Below, piece after piece: positions 1 to 12,260 of a DNA stretch of 64,000 nucleotides. This DNA is from Anthoceros angustus (lineage: Eukaryota; Plantae; Anthocerotophyta): the NCBI GenBank assembly GCA_010909165.1, contig MU008161.1, forward strand, positions 744,001-808,000, read 5' to 3'. Made by a program: the position numbers and the translations under genes. The notes below the pieces were generated by a model. It worked only from the letters and a program-made list of their open reading frames with translations. It searched no databases and was not told the origin of the DNA. How positions within the stretch are numbered: the first letter of the stretch is position 1; each line of letters opens with the position of its first letter.

Positions 1-1
1 T

Positions 2-178
2 ATGAGGAATGTGAAATTCATCAATACGGTTTTGTCGGGCTCAACGTTTGATGGAGCGAATCTGGAAGGAGCAGATTTCGAAGATGCTCTCATCGGATAT
101 GTGGATATCCAAAAGCTCTGTAGGAACCCAACACTGCCTGAGGACAGCAGGGACCTGTTAGGGTGCAAACGGCGTTGA
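2..178 (+). CDS. TL17: 3' end of thylakoid lumenal 17.4 kDa pentapeptide-repeat protein (partial, runs off the left edge)
   Basis: Frame from base 2 reads MRNVKFINTVLSGSTFDGANLEGADFEDALIGYVDIQKLCRNPTLPEDSRDLLGCKRR*, with TGA at 176-178. It has pentapeptide repeats and the C-terminal two-Cys pattern I recall from Arabidopsis At5g53490. Confidence 0.85.
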   Translation: MRNVKFINTVLSGSTFDGANLEGADFEDALIGYVDIQKLCRNPTLPEDSRDLLGCKRR

Positions 179-688
179 TTGTGCGTCTGGCACGTCCGCT
201 GTCGTCATTTATGCATTTGTAGAGTTCCACGTCGTAAACGCCACTAGTCACATGAATTGCATAAAGCTCCCGGCTTTATTAGGTCTCACGCAGATTCATC
301 AGGTCAGCGTCAAGTGTACAATGGTACCAACAAGCTGGTACTCCTGAAACTCGTATGACCCCAATCAATAAGGCCATAGGCATTGAATCATTGACTAAAT
401 AACCAGTACTGACTTGCATCTCTCGCTATGGGACTTGACCAAAGGCTAACGATTAGACATGACAGTTCAAAATTTCGATTCAGCCCCACAAGAAAACAGA
501 GAGATGACGGTAAGTTAGCATTCTGTGTTTCAAAAAATGAAACGAGCTACAGCAATCAGACTTGTCTTTCCAAGTACCCCCTAACTACATTATATGACAA
601 AGCCTTCCTGGTTTTGATGAGTCCTAAAACCTTGAAAGCAGCCAAAGGCAATTTTTTACATCAGCCATGCCGTTTGTTAGGACTGCCA

Positions 689-3120
689 TTAATTTCTGCC
701 ATATGGATGATATCGTCCATTGCTGTTACTGGTGCCATAGCCCCGACTGCTGCCATATCCACCACTATAGCCCCCACTGGAGCCGTAACCACCACCATAT
801 CCACTGCCACTGTAGCTCCCATAACCACCCATGCTTCCATATCCTTCAGTACCATCGTAACCACCCATCATGCCACTGGCGTAACCACCACTTAGGCCCC
901 CCCCATAGCCTAAGCTGCCTCCATATCCTCCACCAAGGGAACCACTGCCGTAGCTTCCGACACCAATCCCACTGCCTCCATAGGCTCCTCCATATCCTCC
1001 ACTTCCATAGCCCCCACCGTAACCGCCGCTGCCATAGCCACCGCCGTAGCCACCTCCTCGTCCCCCATAAGCTCCACCGGACCTGTAGGAACCACTGCTG
1101 TACCCACCACTGATAGCGCCATAGCCCCCCTCTGCAGCATAACCACCATAGCTGCCACTGCTAGGACCATAACCGCCACCCCTGCTACCAGGTCCATAGC
1201 CAGGACTTTCTTGCATCGTCCGTTTGGGTTCTGCTTTCTTTATCTCAACCTAAATGACCAATAATGGAGTTCAGGGAATCCAGGCATAAGCCGTGCGCAA
1301 TATGATATCACAGCAGAGCCAACATTCTCAGCACAGGGAACGAACAAAAGCAGTCAAAGAAAGTCAATTACCTGCTTTCCACCCAGCTCATGCATCTTGC
1401 CATGAGCAAGGATCTCTTCTACGGTCTGCTCATTATCGAAGGTTACAAAACCAAAACCTCTCGACCTGCCAGTGCTGTGATCCTGCATGATCTGATGCTC
1501 CACAACATTGCCGAACCGCGTGAAGTAACTTTTAAATTCATCTGCATACGAAATGCCCACACAACAAAATCATTTCAGGGTCACAACACGAACATCATGA
1601 CAGGTATCTTCCCACAAAAGTGTAACAGAAACACTATCAAGCAGAAATTCACCATACGCCCAACATGTTGCCACCCATGCACATGGGGATACCTTGGGCA
1701 ACACACAAGAGTACAACATGGGCAACCACACAGCATGTCAAAGCTACAAAACAAAGATGAAGTATGCAGAATAAAGCAGTAATCACAGCATCTCCAAAGT
1801 AGGGCCCCTGCGCTGCTCGTACACCTGAAGCGTGAGGAGGGAGCCTCACATGAACTTTGGGCCATAGCATCTAAATCCATGGCTTGAGCAGAGGGTGAAG
1901 TTTTCACTATGGCGTGTATGACCACTACCACCCCACTAAAGTAGTACTAGAGTACCAAAGATCCAAAGAGAACTACTTCTAACATAGATCATAAGCATAC
2001 CATCTGTAATAGAGGGTGGTATGCCACCAACAAATATCTTCTTAGTCTTCGGTCCTTTAGTTGCTGCCATATTTTCACGAGGAACTGACTTTTTGGCCTC
2101 CACCTGCAGCTAGCTCTAGTAAGATCACCTTTCACCACTAAAATCCCACACATCTTCCCAAACCGGGAGATGAAAGCACCACAAATAGACATATTGTCAG
2201 TGAGTAGACCTAAACAGGAGAGGACCCAGACTGTGCAGAGGGCAGTAGGAGGTGGGTTTGTCACACCAATGGGGGTTCAGTGTCAATCTTTGGTCATGCT
2301 CACCGTTCTTCCGTCTATTACATGCTTGTCTTGCACGACAGCATCACACACAGAAGGCTCGGCGAAGGTAACAAATCCAAACCCTCGCGGATGGCCTGTG
2401 TTACGGTCCTTCATGATAACAGCATCGGTGATCTCTCCATACTTCTTGAAATGGCTGGTCAGGTTGTCTGTAGGTTACAATCACGCACAGAAAAGAAAAG
2501 GAAAGATGAGAAACGAAGGGCAATCGCGGAGGAGAATGCAAGTGGCAAATCGTGACAAAGAAAGAACTTCGTAGTACCTGTTGTGGTGTCCCATGATAGA
2601 CCTCCGATGAAGATCTTGCCACTATCATACGACGGGTAGTTGAAGTTAGGTACCGGAGCGGTTAGCTAGCCATGGGAAGAGGATGAGGGGGAAGGACAGC
2701 ATAGCATACCGCAAGCGAAGATGCATGCCATGCACGACCTGCCATTCCACGCCACAAGCACACAGACGCAGAGGGGAAGGTCTACAACTAAAACCTACAG
2801 CTACAACTACGAGAGCTACATCTAAAGCTAGAGCCAAGGAAGGCCAAACTGTCAACTAACCCTGAACTGGACGTCTTTCCTGCGGAGCCGTCCGGTGAAT
2901 CCTTTGCTTCACTCTCTACCTTATCCTCCTTGTCTGAACCTCCATTCTGCATACTGTCCTGCTCCTGATCCTGAGGACTCTGCGGCGGCTGCTGCTGCTG
3001 CTGCTCGGGGGAAGGCTGCTCCTGTGCAGGCTGCCCATGGTCAGCATCCGCGTCTAAATGCACGGCAGCCTCTGGCATGCCGGAATCTTGTTCAGTCATC
3101 TGCTGCTCGTCCATGGGCAT
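689..3120 (-). CDS. hnRNP A/B / Musashi-like RNA-binding protein: two RRMs, Gly/Tyr-rich tail, PY-NLS (about 6 exons)
   Basis: Spliced translation: acidic N-terminus (ATG 3120), GKIFIGGLSWDTTT / RGFGFVTF (RRM1), KKIFVGGIPP / RGFGFVTF (RRM2), GYG-rich tail ending RYHPYGRN* at 689. GT-AG introns flank exons at about 2859-3120, 2577-2620, 2310-2470, 1999-2101, 1371-1543 and 689-1252. Confidence 0.93.
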
Positions 3121-3789
3121 GTCTACAGCAGCAGCCGCGCACCAGACACAACCTAGAGCTTAGGACCAATCTCAAAGCAACAAGAACGGAGATGCTACCC
3201 TGCTAGACGCGCTGAGCCGCGCTGCGCCTACCCTGTATGTGGACGCGCAGGCTGGTCTGAGTGGTCAGTTCGGAGCATGTGAGGCCCGGTGGCGTGCGTG
3301 ATGCTTGTGGGATGAGCAGATTGCCTGCGTGGGGTGCGCTACCGAACGGAGGGTGGCTACCGAACAGTTCCTGTGTGACCCCTGCGGCCGCGGCGCCCTC
3401 CCCTACCTCCCTCTCTACCCGCCTCGGCCTCTGCCTCTTCCTCTGCCGGCCTCTTCGCCCAAGCCAAGACGGCACAGGCAAGAAAATAAGACGCGCACCA
3501 CAAGCCACAGCCGAGCCAAAGGCAAGCCTGAATGGGGATGCGATGGGCGACAAGATGCACCACCAACTCTGCCTTCCACCGCCGTCTTGCCTCGATCGGC
3601 ACCCTCTGCTTTCAGATGGGCAGTTATTGAGCTGCGAGTTTCTACTCGCTCTTGCGGTCCACTTCCACTTCCAATCCTTCTTACCTACGACTCATATATA
3701 TAGCCTGTGAAAACCAGTAACTTCTTTTTTCCTCGCGACGAATTAAAAACCTCGCTATATTACTTCTGTATCTTGTAGAAGACGAAGAA

Positions 3790-4729
3790 GTATATTAAAG
3801 TCCACTAAGGACGGAATTTCCGTCATGGGACTGAAAAGACAGATATATAGAGAAAAGTATTGAAGTTTGACCGCTATTCTGAATTTCCTAAGTATAAGTA
3901 GTGTGAAGTAAACCAAATATCTAGCAGGTTGAAAGACGGGATATATTCTGCCCTATAATCCCATATTTGTTTTAAGCAAACATCTGTATGAACAGGGTCA
4001 GGAAAAGAGAAGAAACTTCGGAGCCAAGATCAAGCTGCTGTGAATAAGTTGACAAAAGCATTCTTGATATCCTCGTAGATGGGGCATACGAAAACAAAAT
4101 GTTCCTCAGTCTCAACTTCCCTGTTGCATAACCTGCATATTCTGGTCTCCTTATGTGGCTTGGGATGCAGCCATCTATCAATCTCAATCTTGAGACGGTG
4201 AGAGCCCACACGAAAATGACCTATAATCATCCAAAGGTTGATATACACATGGTTGCGGAGAAAGAGTGGAAGCAAGGTTCTCCAAGACTTGGAGAGAATA
4301 CGGAAAAATTGTTTGTAAGTCTGGAGTTTAGTGGGTAAGGATCCGGAGACAGGGAACTAGGTGTAGGAGAGATAGGTGGATTGCAATTCATTGCCAATGG
4401 ACCTATTGGAAGGAGGAGGCAAAAATTGGAAGAGGGGGTGTCCTGGGAGACTTTCCGGACAGAAGCCAAGCTTCCGTAGCCAAGTAGAAGATTGAGCATA
4501 CCAGCAAGTCTTGCTACCTATACAAGCTAACTTCTGAGAGTATTGGAAGACAAGGAGGAGGTACGAGGGAGTGGAGGTGGGGTGATTGGACTGAGCTTCC
4601 TCTACAGAATAGAGATGGTACGGGAAACTGGTTGGACGAAACAGACCCTCAAGCTCAAGCGGGAAAGTGGCAAACTCTGCACAAAAGATAGCTAGGGGGA
4701 TAGACTTAAAGGAATTAATGGACATTAGT
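3790..4729 (-). mobile_element. 5'-truncated, decayed non-LTR retrotransposon (LINE; RT C-terminal/CCHC region plus 3' UTR)
   Basis: Broken minus-strand ORFs include SHRLKIEIDRW...RICRLCNREVETEEHFVFVCPIY, the CCHC motif that follows RT in L2/CR1-like LINEs. Upstream there is CWYAQSSTWL. A small hairpin GACGGA-AAT-TCCGTC lies at 3810-3824. Confidence 0.75.
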
Positions 4730-4904
4730 CGTTAGGTTAATTACATGACTACTAGTTTTATAATCAGTTACAACGAACAAAACAACTTCTGAATATGTGT
4801 ACCATTGCTGCTGAATTTATATAACCGTTTTTACTTTTCTCCTGCACACTGCAGTGGCCGCTCGTGCCTCTCCGCGTGTCCGCATCGCATCATGGTATCA
4901 GAGC
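4730..4904 (+). mobile_element. Putative short 5' LTR (ends CA at 4891-4892) and tRNA-iMet primer-binding site
   Basis: TGGTATCAGAGC at 4893-4904 directly follows a CA dinucleotide. The LTR start is uncertain (cGTTAGG near 4730 resembles TGTTAG). Confidence 0.7.
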
Positions 4905-7900
4905 CACCTGCTCATCGATCCATGCACGAGCGCAGATAATTGACACATCAAGATGCCGAAGCGCGGGACTGCCCCTCGTGCGCCTCGAAGGAACGTCCGG
5001 ATAGGATCCGATATCGCTTCCTCACAAAGGAGAGGATTTATTTGCTCGGGCTGTCTTGAGGACGATCGGCAATCTCGCTTGTTCATACCCACCGATCGCC
5101 CTCTCACGGTGCAGGAGGCGATCCGTCATCCGCTCTCATCGCAATTATCCGGTAAGACTTTCACCACCGACAATGCCACAAAGAAGGCGCCCCGACAGGC
5201 AAGCGAAGCATGATGAACTCCTTGTTGCAAACGCACATATTCGCGACCTTGAAGATTTGGTGCAAAGTCTGATTACCGGCATTAAGCAGTTGTATCTGAT
5301 TTGCGAATCCCGTGATAGTGCACAGCATGCTCACATGGCTGCCTTGATCGTAGCTGGGCATCAACGCGCTGCCCAATACTGACTCAACTGTGTAGATGAC
5401 ATACAACCAGGGCGTTTTCCCAGGGACGGATCTGAAGAAGAATTTGACCTGGACTTGAGCGGCATCGTTGACTCGGCAGGAGATCCCGACTCGGAGCCCT
5501 TTGAAGGAGATCAAGCACAACAGCCCACATCTCCAGAATCAAGGGCACCACAGTTCAACTTTGGCTTTGGCCCTACTGGTGGCCCTTTCAATTTTGCTCC
5601 GGGTTTCCTCCCACAAGGAATAGCAGGAACAGCTCGAGGAGGCACAACACCGACTGGAGGTGCTTATGGAGCATATGGAGGCTTTGTGCCACAAGCACCT
5701 CAGAAACACACCTACACTAGTGAATCCTGCATCAACTACTCCACCTATTGTTCCTGCCACAGCTTTCAGCTCAACGGGGGCTACTACATCAATCATAGCA
5801 GCTCTTCCTCCAACTACCCTGAAGATCGAATTCAGGGATAAGGATTGTTTCAATGGAAACGACTACAACATTTGGTCAATGCGATTGACTCAAATACTGG
5901 AGGAGAATGAGCTCATGACCATTGTTGATGGGAGCGAGCCCATCCCTACTGTACAGCCTGCTAATGCAACGGCTGCTACAGCAACCAACGCAGCTAACAT
6001 TCTACAATGGCAAAGAAAGGATGGACAAGCCCGTTCTATTCTTATTGCTTCCCTTGACAAAAACATTATGCCTCACACCCTGGGTGCTGACACCTCTGCT
6101 GCTGTGTGGCATAACTTCAGCCTTATTTACAAGGATAGGAGCAGTGCATCTCAACTGCATGCTCACAGGGAATTTTACAGCAAGAGGATGAAGGATAATG
6201 AGACTGTGGAATCATACATTAATAAGTTTGAGACAGGTGCAACTTAGGGCCATCAGGAACGACCCTAACGGGAGCGCAGTCATGTCCTTCCGCCTCCTTG
6301 CCAAAAACTACTGATCACTTTGTTAGCTCACAAAGTGCCAGGTCCTCGGTAACAACGTTTGGTGGGGCTCCGTCCTTAAGCTTGGAGGAGTTGCTGGGAG
6401 CACTCCTAGCTAAGGGACGTACCAAGGGTTTTCACAAAGGTAAGCAAGGCTCTCAGCAGAACTCGAGAATTCTCTCCTCTGGCAGGGGCAGAGGCAATTT
6501 CCGAGGCCGAGGGCGTGGAAGACAAGGACGTGGGGGTTTTTCTGCTCCAAGACAACCTAACCTTCAAAGGAAGACTTTCACATGTAATTGCTGTAAGATA
6601 CTAGGACATTATGAAAAAGATTGAAGGATGAACCGTGTTGGTGAACCTAGAAGGGAAGTCTCTACACGTGAATCTAACATAGCTACGAGCAAGCCTTCCT
6701 CTTCTAAGTCTCCATCTATTTTGGCAGTTTGCTTATCTTCCATACAAATTCAACCAGACATGTGGCTTTTAGATTCTGGAGCAACTAGCCACATCTGCTA
6801 TGATAGGTGCGCTTTCATTAACTTTGTCCCATCTGCTGACGATCACCAGTTTGTCCTGTTGGGTGACGACGGTGATCTAGCTATCAAGGGATCAGGATCT
6901 GTCATCATAGAGTTGCCAAGTTCAGACATACTAGTCCTATCAGGTGTGCTCTTTGTACCTTCTATGACCAAAAACTTGATGTCAGTTATGAAACTTGCTG
7001 AGGAATATACCTGTAGGGTCTGTTTTGATCACATTGGTTGCTCAATTTCAAGCATACCTGATTGGGACGAGATCTTTCCCGGTACGCCTTTCAATGACCT
7101 TTACTTGTTGAATGTAAGGACTATTACCCAATAACCCTCTATCCATCTTAGCCAGTCACCTTCCTTGTCGCCAACCCAACTGTGGCATTGTAGGTTAGGT
7201 CATGTTAACTTTCAGTGTCTCTCTACCTTAGTGAACAACCCTATCTACCGAGACCAGTTATCATTCACTCTGGATAACCCTTGCTTGCTACACATAGTCC
7301 ATAGTGACATTTATGGCCCCATGTCCACTTCATCCTTTGGTGGTGCCTCCTACTTCATTACCTTCCTTGATGAGTGGAGTCGATACTGCACTGTTTATGT
7401 CTTGCACTACAAGAGTGAGGCCCTTTCTTGTTTCCAAGATTACTTAGCAATAGCCCAGCGACAGACTAGCAGCAAACTCAAAATTATACGGACTGACAAT
7501 GGTGGTAAATACACTAGCCATGCCTTTTCGACTTTCTGTGCTACAGAGGAAGTGATTCATCAACTCACTGTCCCATTACACTCCGGCACAAAATGCTTTT
7601 GCCGAGAGTAAGAACAGGACACTCCAAGAAGCGACACTCTCGAGCTTATCATTTGCTGGTCTCACAAGGGCATATTGGGCTGAAGTTCTCGTAGCTGCTA
7701 ATTATGTGCAGAACAGATTGCCCACCAAGGAGCTGGGTCTCACAACACCATATGAACGCTGGACAGGCAAGAAGCCTCGCATCACACATCTGCGGATATT
7801 TGGCAGTCCAGCATATGCTTTTGTACCTTCCAGTTTACGCAGTAAGCTAGATCCTAAAGCTGTTCGACGTTTATTCGTTGGCTATTTTGAAGACGTTAAA

Positions 7901-8964
7901 GGTTACAAGCTTTTCGACCCCGGCACATGACAACTGTCATATTCCCGCAGTGTTATCTTCCACGAAAATGCATTATTGCGTCGACATGATGCTACCCTCT
8001 CTCCAGCTTCTGAGCCTTCCCCCGTATCCATACATGGTGATGATGATGAGATTGACTTTTTTCTGACCCTCCTACACTTCGTACCTCCTCCCGTCACAGA
8101 CCTCCCAAACACGAATGGTCAGAACCACCCTTTATTGCTGGCGTAGCTTCTCACAGTCCACCAGTAAGCTTTGACACTTCAGAACCAGCCACTTACCATG
8201 AAGCCATCACTGGCTCCGAGGCTGAACATTGGAAGAAAGCCATAGATTCATAATACAACTCCCTCATGGCCAATAACACTTGGAAGCTTGTAAATTTACC
8301 CAAAGGCCGTAAGCCAGTTTCCTGTAAGTGGGTATTTAAGAAGAAGCTTAATACAGATGGAAGTGTGGGGCGCTATAAGGCTAGACTAGTTGCCAAAGGT
8401 TACAGCCAGGTTGTTGGTCTAGATTATAATGAGTCCTTTGCCCCAGTTGTCAAGTCCACCTCCATTAGGATATTGCTTTAATTGGCAGCACACTATGGCC
8501 TCCTCATCCATCAACTTGATGTCAAAATAGCTTTCCTGATTGGATCATTTGAAGAAGAAATATACATGTGTCAGCCAGAAGGTTTTAAAGTGGATATAAA
8601 GAAAGTATGTTTGCTGTTGAAGACTTCATACGGACTTAAGCAGTCCAGCAGGGCTTGGAACGAGACCTTCCATGTCTTGCTTATTGAGTTGGGATTCATA
8701 TGCCTTGACGAAGATAGTAGTGTCTACATTTTATGGGAAGGAGACGATTTTCTCATCTTGACAATCTATGTAGAGGACAACTTCCTCTTTTGCACTTCAG
8801 CACCTTTGATGGCTAGAATTAAGAGTATACTGCTGTCCCGTTTTGACATGACCGATTTGGGCCAATTAAGTTTTTCCCTTGGTGTACAGTTTCACTTTTC
8901 AGATGAGAGACACACTATTCAAGGAGAAGCTTGCTCCATGTTTGCTAATGTACATGGTGAGTAG
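4730..8964 (+). mobile_element. Decayed Ty1/copia LTR retrotransposon (gag-PR-INT-RT), truncated before RNase H and 3' LTR
   Basis: Gag FNGNDYNIW...W..KD.QA (about 5845-6240), degenerate zinc knuckle CNCCKILGHYEKD*, protease WLLDSGATSHIC, LWHCRLGH, integrase IIRTDNGGKY, RT KARLVAKGYSQ / YGLKQSSRAW / LTIYVED. Copia domain order, with many stops and frameshifts. Confidence 0.93.
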
Positions 8965-9135
8965 GCTTTAGCCGAAGCCTTAATTTAACTTATTGTAGTC
9001 TTTTCCATAAATTAAATTATTAATGTTGTATTTTTTTCATAAATCAAATCATTAGTGCCATGGGACAACGAGGTGACCCCTTGTACATATACTCCCTTCC
9101 ATACCGCTGGCACTCCGACATCGGACAGACTTTCG

Positions 9136-9350
9136 GAGCCAATATGTAGGTGGGAACGGAATCGCCAGCAATTGCTTTTGTTTTTGAGGCTGAAATACAT
9201 GGGTGGCAACGGAAATTCCAGCAGTTGTTTTAGTTTATGGTCAGAGCCAATATGTAGGTGGAAACGGAATCTCCAGCAATTGCTTTTGTTTTTGAGGCTG
9301 AAATACGTGGGTGGCAACGGAAACTCCAGCAATTGCTTAAGTTTATCGTC
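9136..9350. repeat. Two-copy 108-bp tandem repeat built from about 54-bp sub-repeats
   Basis: GAGCCAATATGTAGGTGG at 9136 and 9244. Each unit carries two related GG(C/A)AACGGAA..CCAGCA(A/G)TTG halves. Confidence 0.85.
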
Positions 9351-9390
9351 TTGACAGCAATGGAGGAGAAAATAATTAAGTCCGTCCGAT

Positions 9391-9464
9391 CGACCACAGG
9401 GATATTCGAACCCACGACCTTCGGATCCGAAGTTCAACGCGCTAATCTACTGCGTTAGGGGGGA
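9391..9464 (-). pseudogene. tRNA-Arg(UCG)-derived sequence with unpaired acceptor stem (tRNA pseudogene or SINE head)
   Basis: Minus strand TCCCCCCTAACGCAGTAGATTAGCGCGTTGAACTTCGGATCCGAAGGTCGTGGGTTCGAATATCCCTGTGGTCG resembles plant tRNA-Arg(TCG), with A and B boxes and a CT-TCG-GA loop. The 5' acceptor strand TCCCCCC cannot pair with TGTGGTC. Confidence 0.8.
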
Positions 9465-9721
9465 GTTGTTTTTCTACTAATTAATACTTAACGCCATAAA
9501 TTATTGTATCTCTCTTCCTCTCATAGGGGACCTCGTACCCTGAGGGAAGCAAAAGAAGGACGGCCCTCCAGACAGATCAGAAGGTGAAACAGGTCTCCTA
9601 TACACCAGAAACAATGGGAAGCGTGAATTCGAAGTCGGCTGCGGAGAAGCCGCAGGATCTGAAGACCACAAACAGCAAGCTCAAACAATGTCATCGGGGG
9701 GCCTCATTTCTGCCGACCACG

Positions 9722-10385
9722 TTATTTGTGCTTGCCTCCAAAGGCCTGTGCAAGAACTGGTGCCTTACACAAGGGCAGCCAGCTGAACTCACTGATTGTT
9801 TGAAGAGGACGGTGGTGGGCAGCTACCATGCCTGACGATACGTACATATGTCTGAGCCAACTGCGATTGCTGCAGCAGTCGCCCTGAAACCCATCAGGGC
9901 TCACCGGCGGTGTCGTCGTCGAGGCGGAGCCCAAAGCAGAGACCGTATCCGCACTCCCCAGGCGTGCAGAGGATGCTGCTGTTTGCCGGCTCCAGGCACA
10001 CTCTGATCCCGATAAAGTCTACTTGCCCGCAGGCGCAGCAGGTCGAGCAGTCATCCGGGGTGGACGGCTCCTGCACGAGCTTGGGAGGCAACTCGGCGTC
10101 GCCGTTGGCATCCGAGATTAAGACGCAGATTTGGACGCCACAGAGGTCAAAGCACACCGCGTTCGGGAGCGGGCTGGTGGCGTTGAGGCAGACTGGGAGG
10201 CCGCCGGCGCCGTCCGCGTAGCAGCAGCTTCCGTCGTCCAGAATCACCACTTGCGCCGTCTCGGCTGGGGCTGCCGGAGCTGCCACGCCCGGTGGCTGTA
10301 CGGACGCATGAGTCTCTGCAGGAAGCGCGTATGCCGATGCCAAGCAGCAGAGGACGAGGGTGATCTTCAGGGCCAGGGCCGCCAT
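9722..10385 (-). CDS. Secreted cysteine-rich protein of unknown family (probably 2 exons)
   Basis: ATG 10385 gives signal peptide MAALALKITLVLCCLASAYA, a Pro/Ala linker and 14 further Cys. A GTGAGC donor at 9904 and a CAG acceptor at 9832 add an in-frame exon ending at TAA 9722. Confidence 0.7.
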
Positions 10386-12260
10386 GTCTGAAGGCTGAGC
10401 GAAGTGCGAGGAGCAACGTAGTGTTTTGATCTGAAACTGCAAACAGAATTCATTGACACTTGAGCTGTGCTGTCCGGCACTTGTAGCTGATTCGGCTGCT
10501 GCGGATACAAGGACCAATGCTTGTTTGTTTGAGACAGCATCGATCACAGCCGATCCAGGGAAGAGTCCGATTCTTCACAGCTGGGAAAGAGAGTGAATCG
10601 TCACTGCTTGGATTTTTTGGATAGCTATCCATGGCGTCCGTTACCTACAAAGGGGGGAGACACTTGCCAAATTCTGGTTTTTTCTCCAAACACATGATAA
10701 CCGCCATGTGGCACGGCGGGGCCTCCCAGGCCGACAATGTCACAGCATGGACTAGTCTTTGGTGACACCTCTCACAGTGGCTATGATGTGACTCCTGCAC
10801 GCATTTGTGCAAGTGTGAGCATCTCAGCTTTGGAGGCAGGAAGCTGGCAGCTCTGCATTGACATGACAATCCCACTCCACAACATCTTGGATAATCCCTA
10901 TCACCTACTTCAACTTTAGCTTAGATATGGTTAAAATTTGTCCGGGACACTGCAAGCGACACCGGGCGGGGAAGTAGCTCAAATGGTAAGGCGCCCGTTT
11001 CGCATACGGGAGGTAACGGGAGCAATCCCCGCCTTCTCCATCCATGTTCACAGATGGCAACAGCGGTTTCCCTCCTCCTGGAAGACGGGGGCTCTTTCCT
11101 CAAGACGAGGAGCTCTTTCACGTTTGAAAGATTCATCCTAGTTTGCAAACTGCGAAGTAGCGACAAAACGTTAATTCTCCGGCCTCCTGGACACGTAACC
11201 ACATGCGGGGAAGGCGGATCAAAAGCATTCGTCGATGGCCGAAGAGCTCGGTACATACTGTATCTACCTAGTTCTGGATGCTATTTTAAAATACCAAAAA
11301 CAAAATGAAAACCTGAGCGGGTGAGCTTTCCGTGGGGGTTTCATGTGCATTCTCTTCCCGTCTTCCAAGTTTGTGGGAGCAGGATCTGCCTCTGGAGTTA
11401 CGCCCACCTGTTCCCCTGCCTGCCCGCTTGCCCGAATCGATTCAAATTTGTTGGTATGTGGTTAGGTTCGTGCCCGCATCCAAGTTTCCAGAAGTTGGAG
11501 TTCAGCTGTACGCCCCGGGAGCTTCTAGTTGGAGGCTCCGCTTCCTGGAGTTGGTCTTCCACCAAATCTGGCGCTGCACGCAGCACAGCTCATGCGGCTG
11601 TCGACCCTTGGGCTTCTTTGTGGGAGTATTCTAGTCGCCGGTAGCAGTTACGGGGACAGCGGCTCTTTGAAGAGGACGTAGCTTAGCAGAAGGTTCGAGG
11701 GCCCGTGTGGCATAGGGTTGCCTCTGCTCTCACATTGTGATCAGCCGGGGGCAGTCGACTAGGGAGCTGCAGATCATGGCCGGGCCGCCTGCCAGAGGCC
11801 GAGGGAGTAGCTGCGTCTGTGTGTGGAGCCAGATACTTCCCCCTTGTTTCTTAAGGCTCACTCCTCAGCCTCAGAGCGGAGTTCCTGGAGTGCGGAGGCA
11901 GTCTGCGGGCTTGGTGCGAGTCAGCTCTTGTTCCATACTTGTCCGAGACCTGTAGATGCGGGGAGTAAACAGGATGCTGGTCGGAGATGGTGTAGTGAGG
12001 TGGTGGCAGGTTGTTGGGGTCTGAGGGGTAAGAGAATTTTGTTGGTGGAAGTTCGGATGTGCTGGAACGGGGGTGGTCATGGCAGGGTGGGCTGATGGTT
12101 CGGGTCATTTGTACAGGGTTGGTTGGTTGATTGTGTGAAGAGGTTCTGGATCTGTCTGCTGCCTAGATGACCAGCTCCAATTGGTGACGGAAGCTCCAGG
12201 GCAGTATGACGGATGGGAGGATGGTGAAAGTACTTTGGTAGTGTAAGATAAGGATTCAAG

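Noticed and set aside
428-1113. Plus-strand ORFs of 155 and 148 aa rich in Thr/Ala or His/Cys
   Set aside because: Antisense shadows of the GGY-repeat exon of the hnRNP gene.
9391-9464. Functional tRNA-Arg(UCG) gene
   Set aside because: The acceptor stem cannot pair, and the anticodon and T stems carry mismatches.
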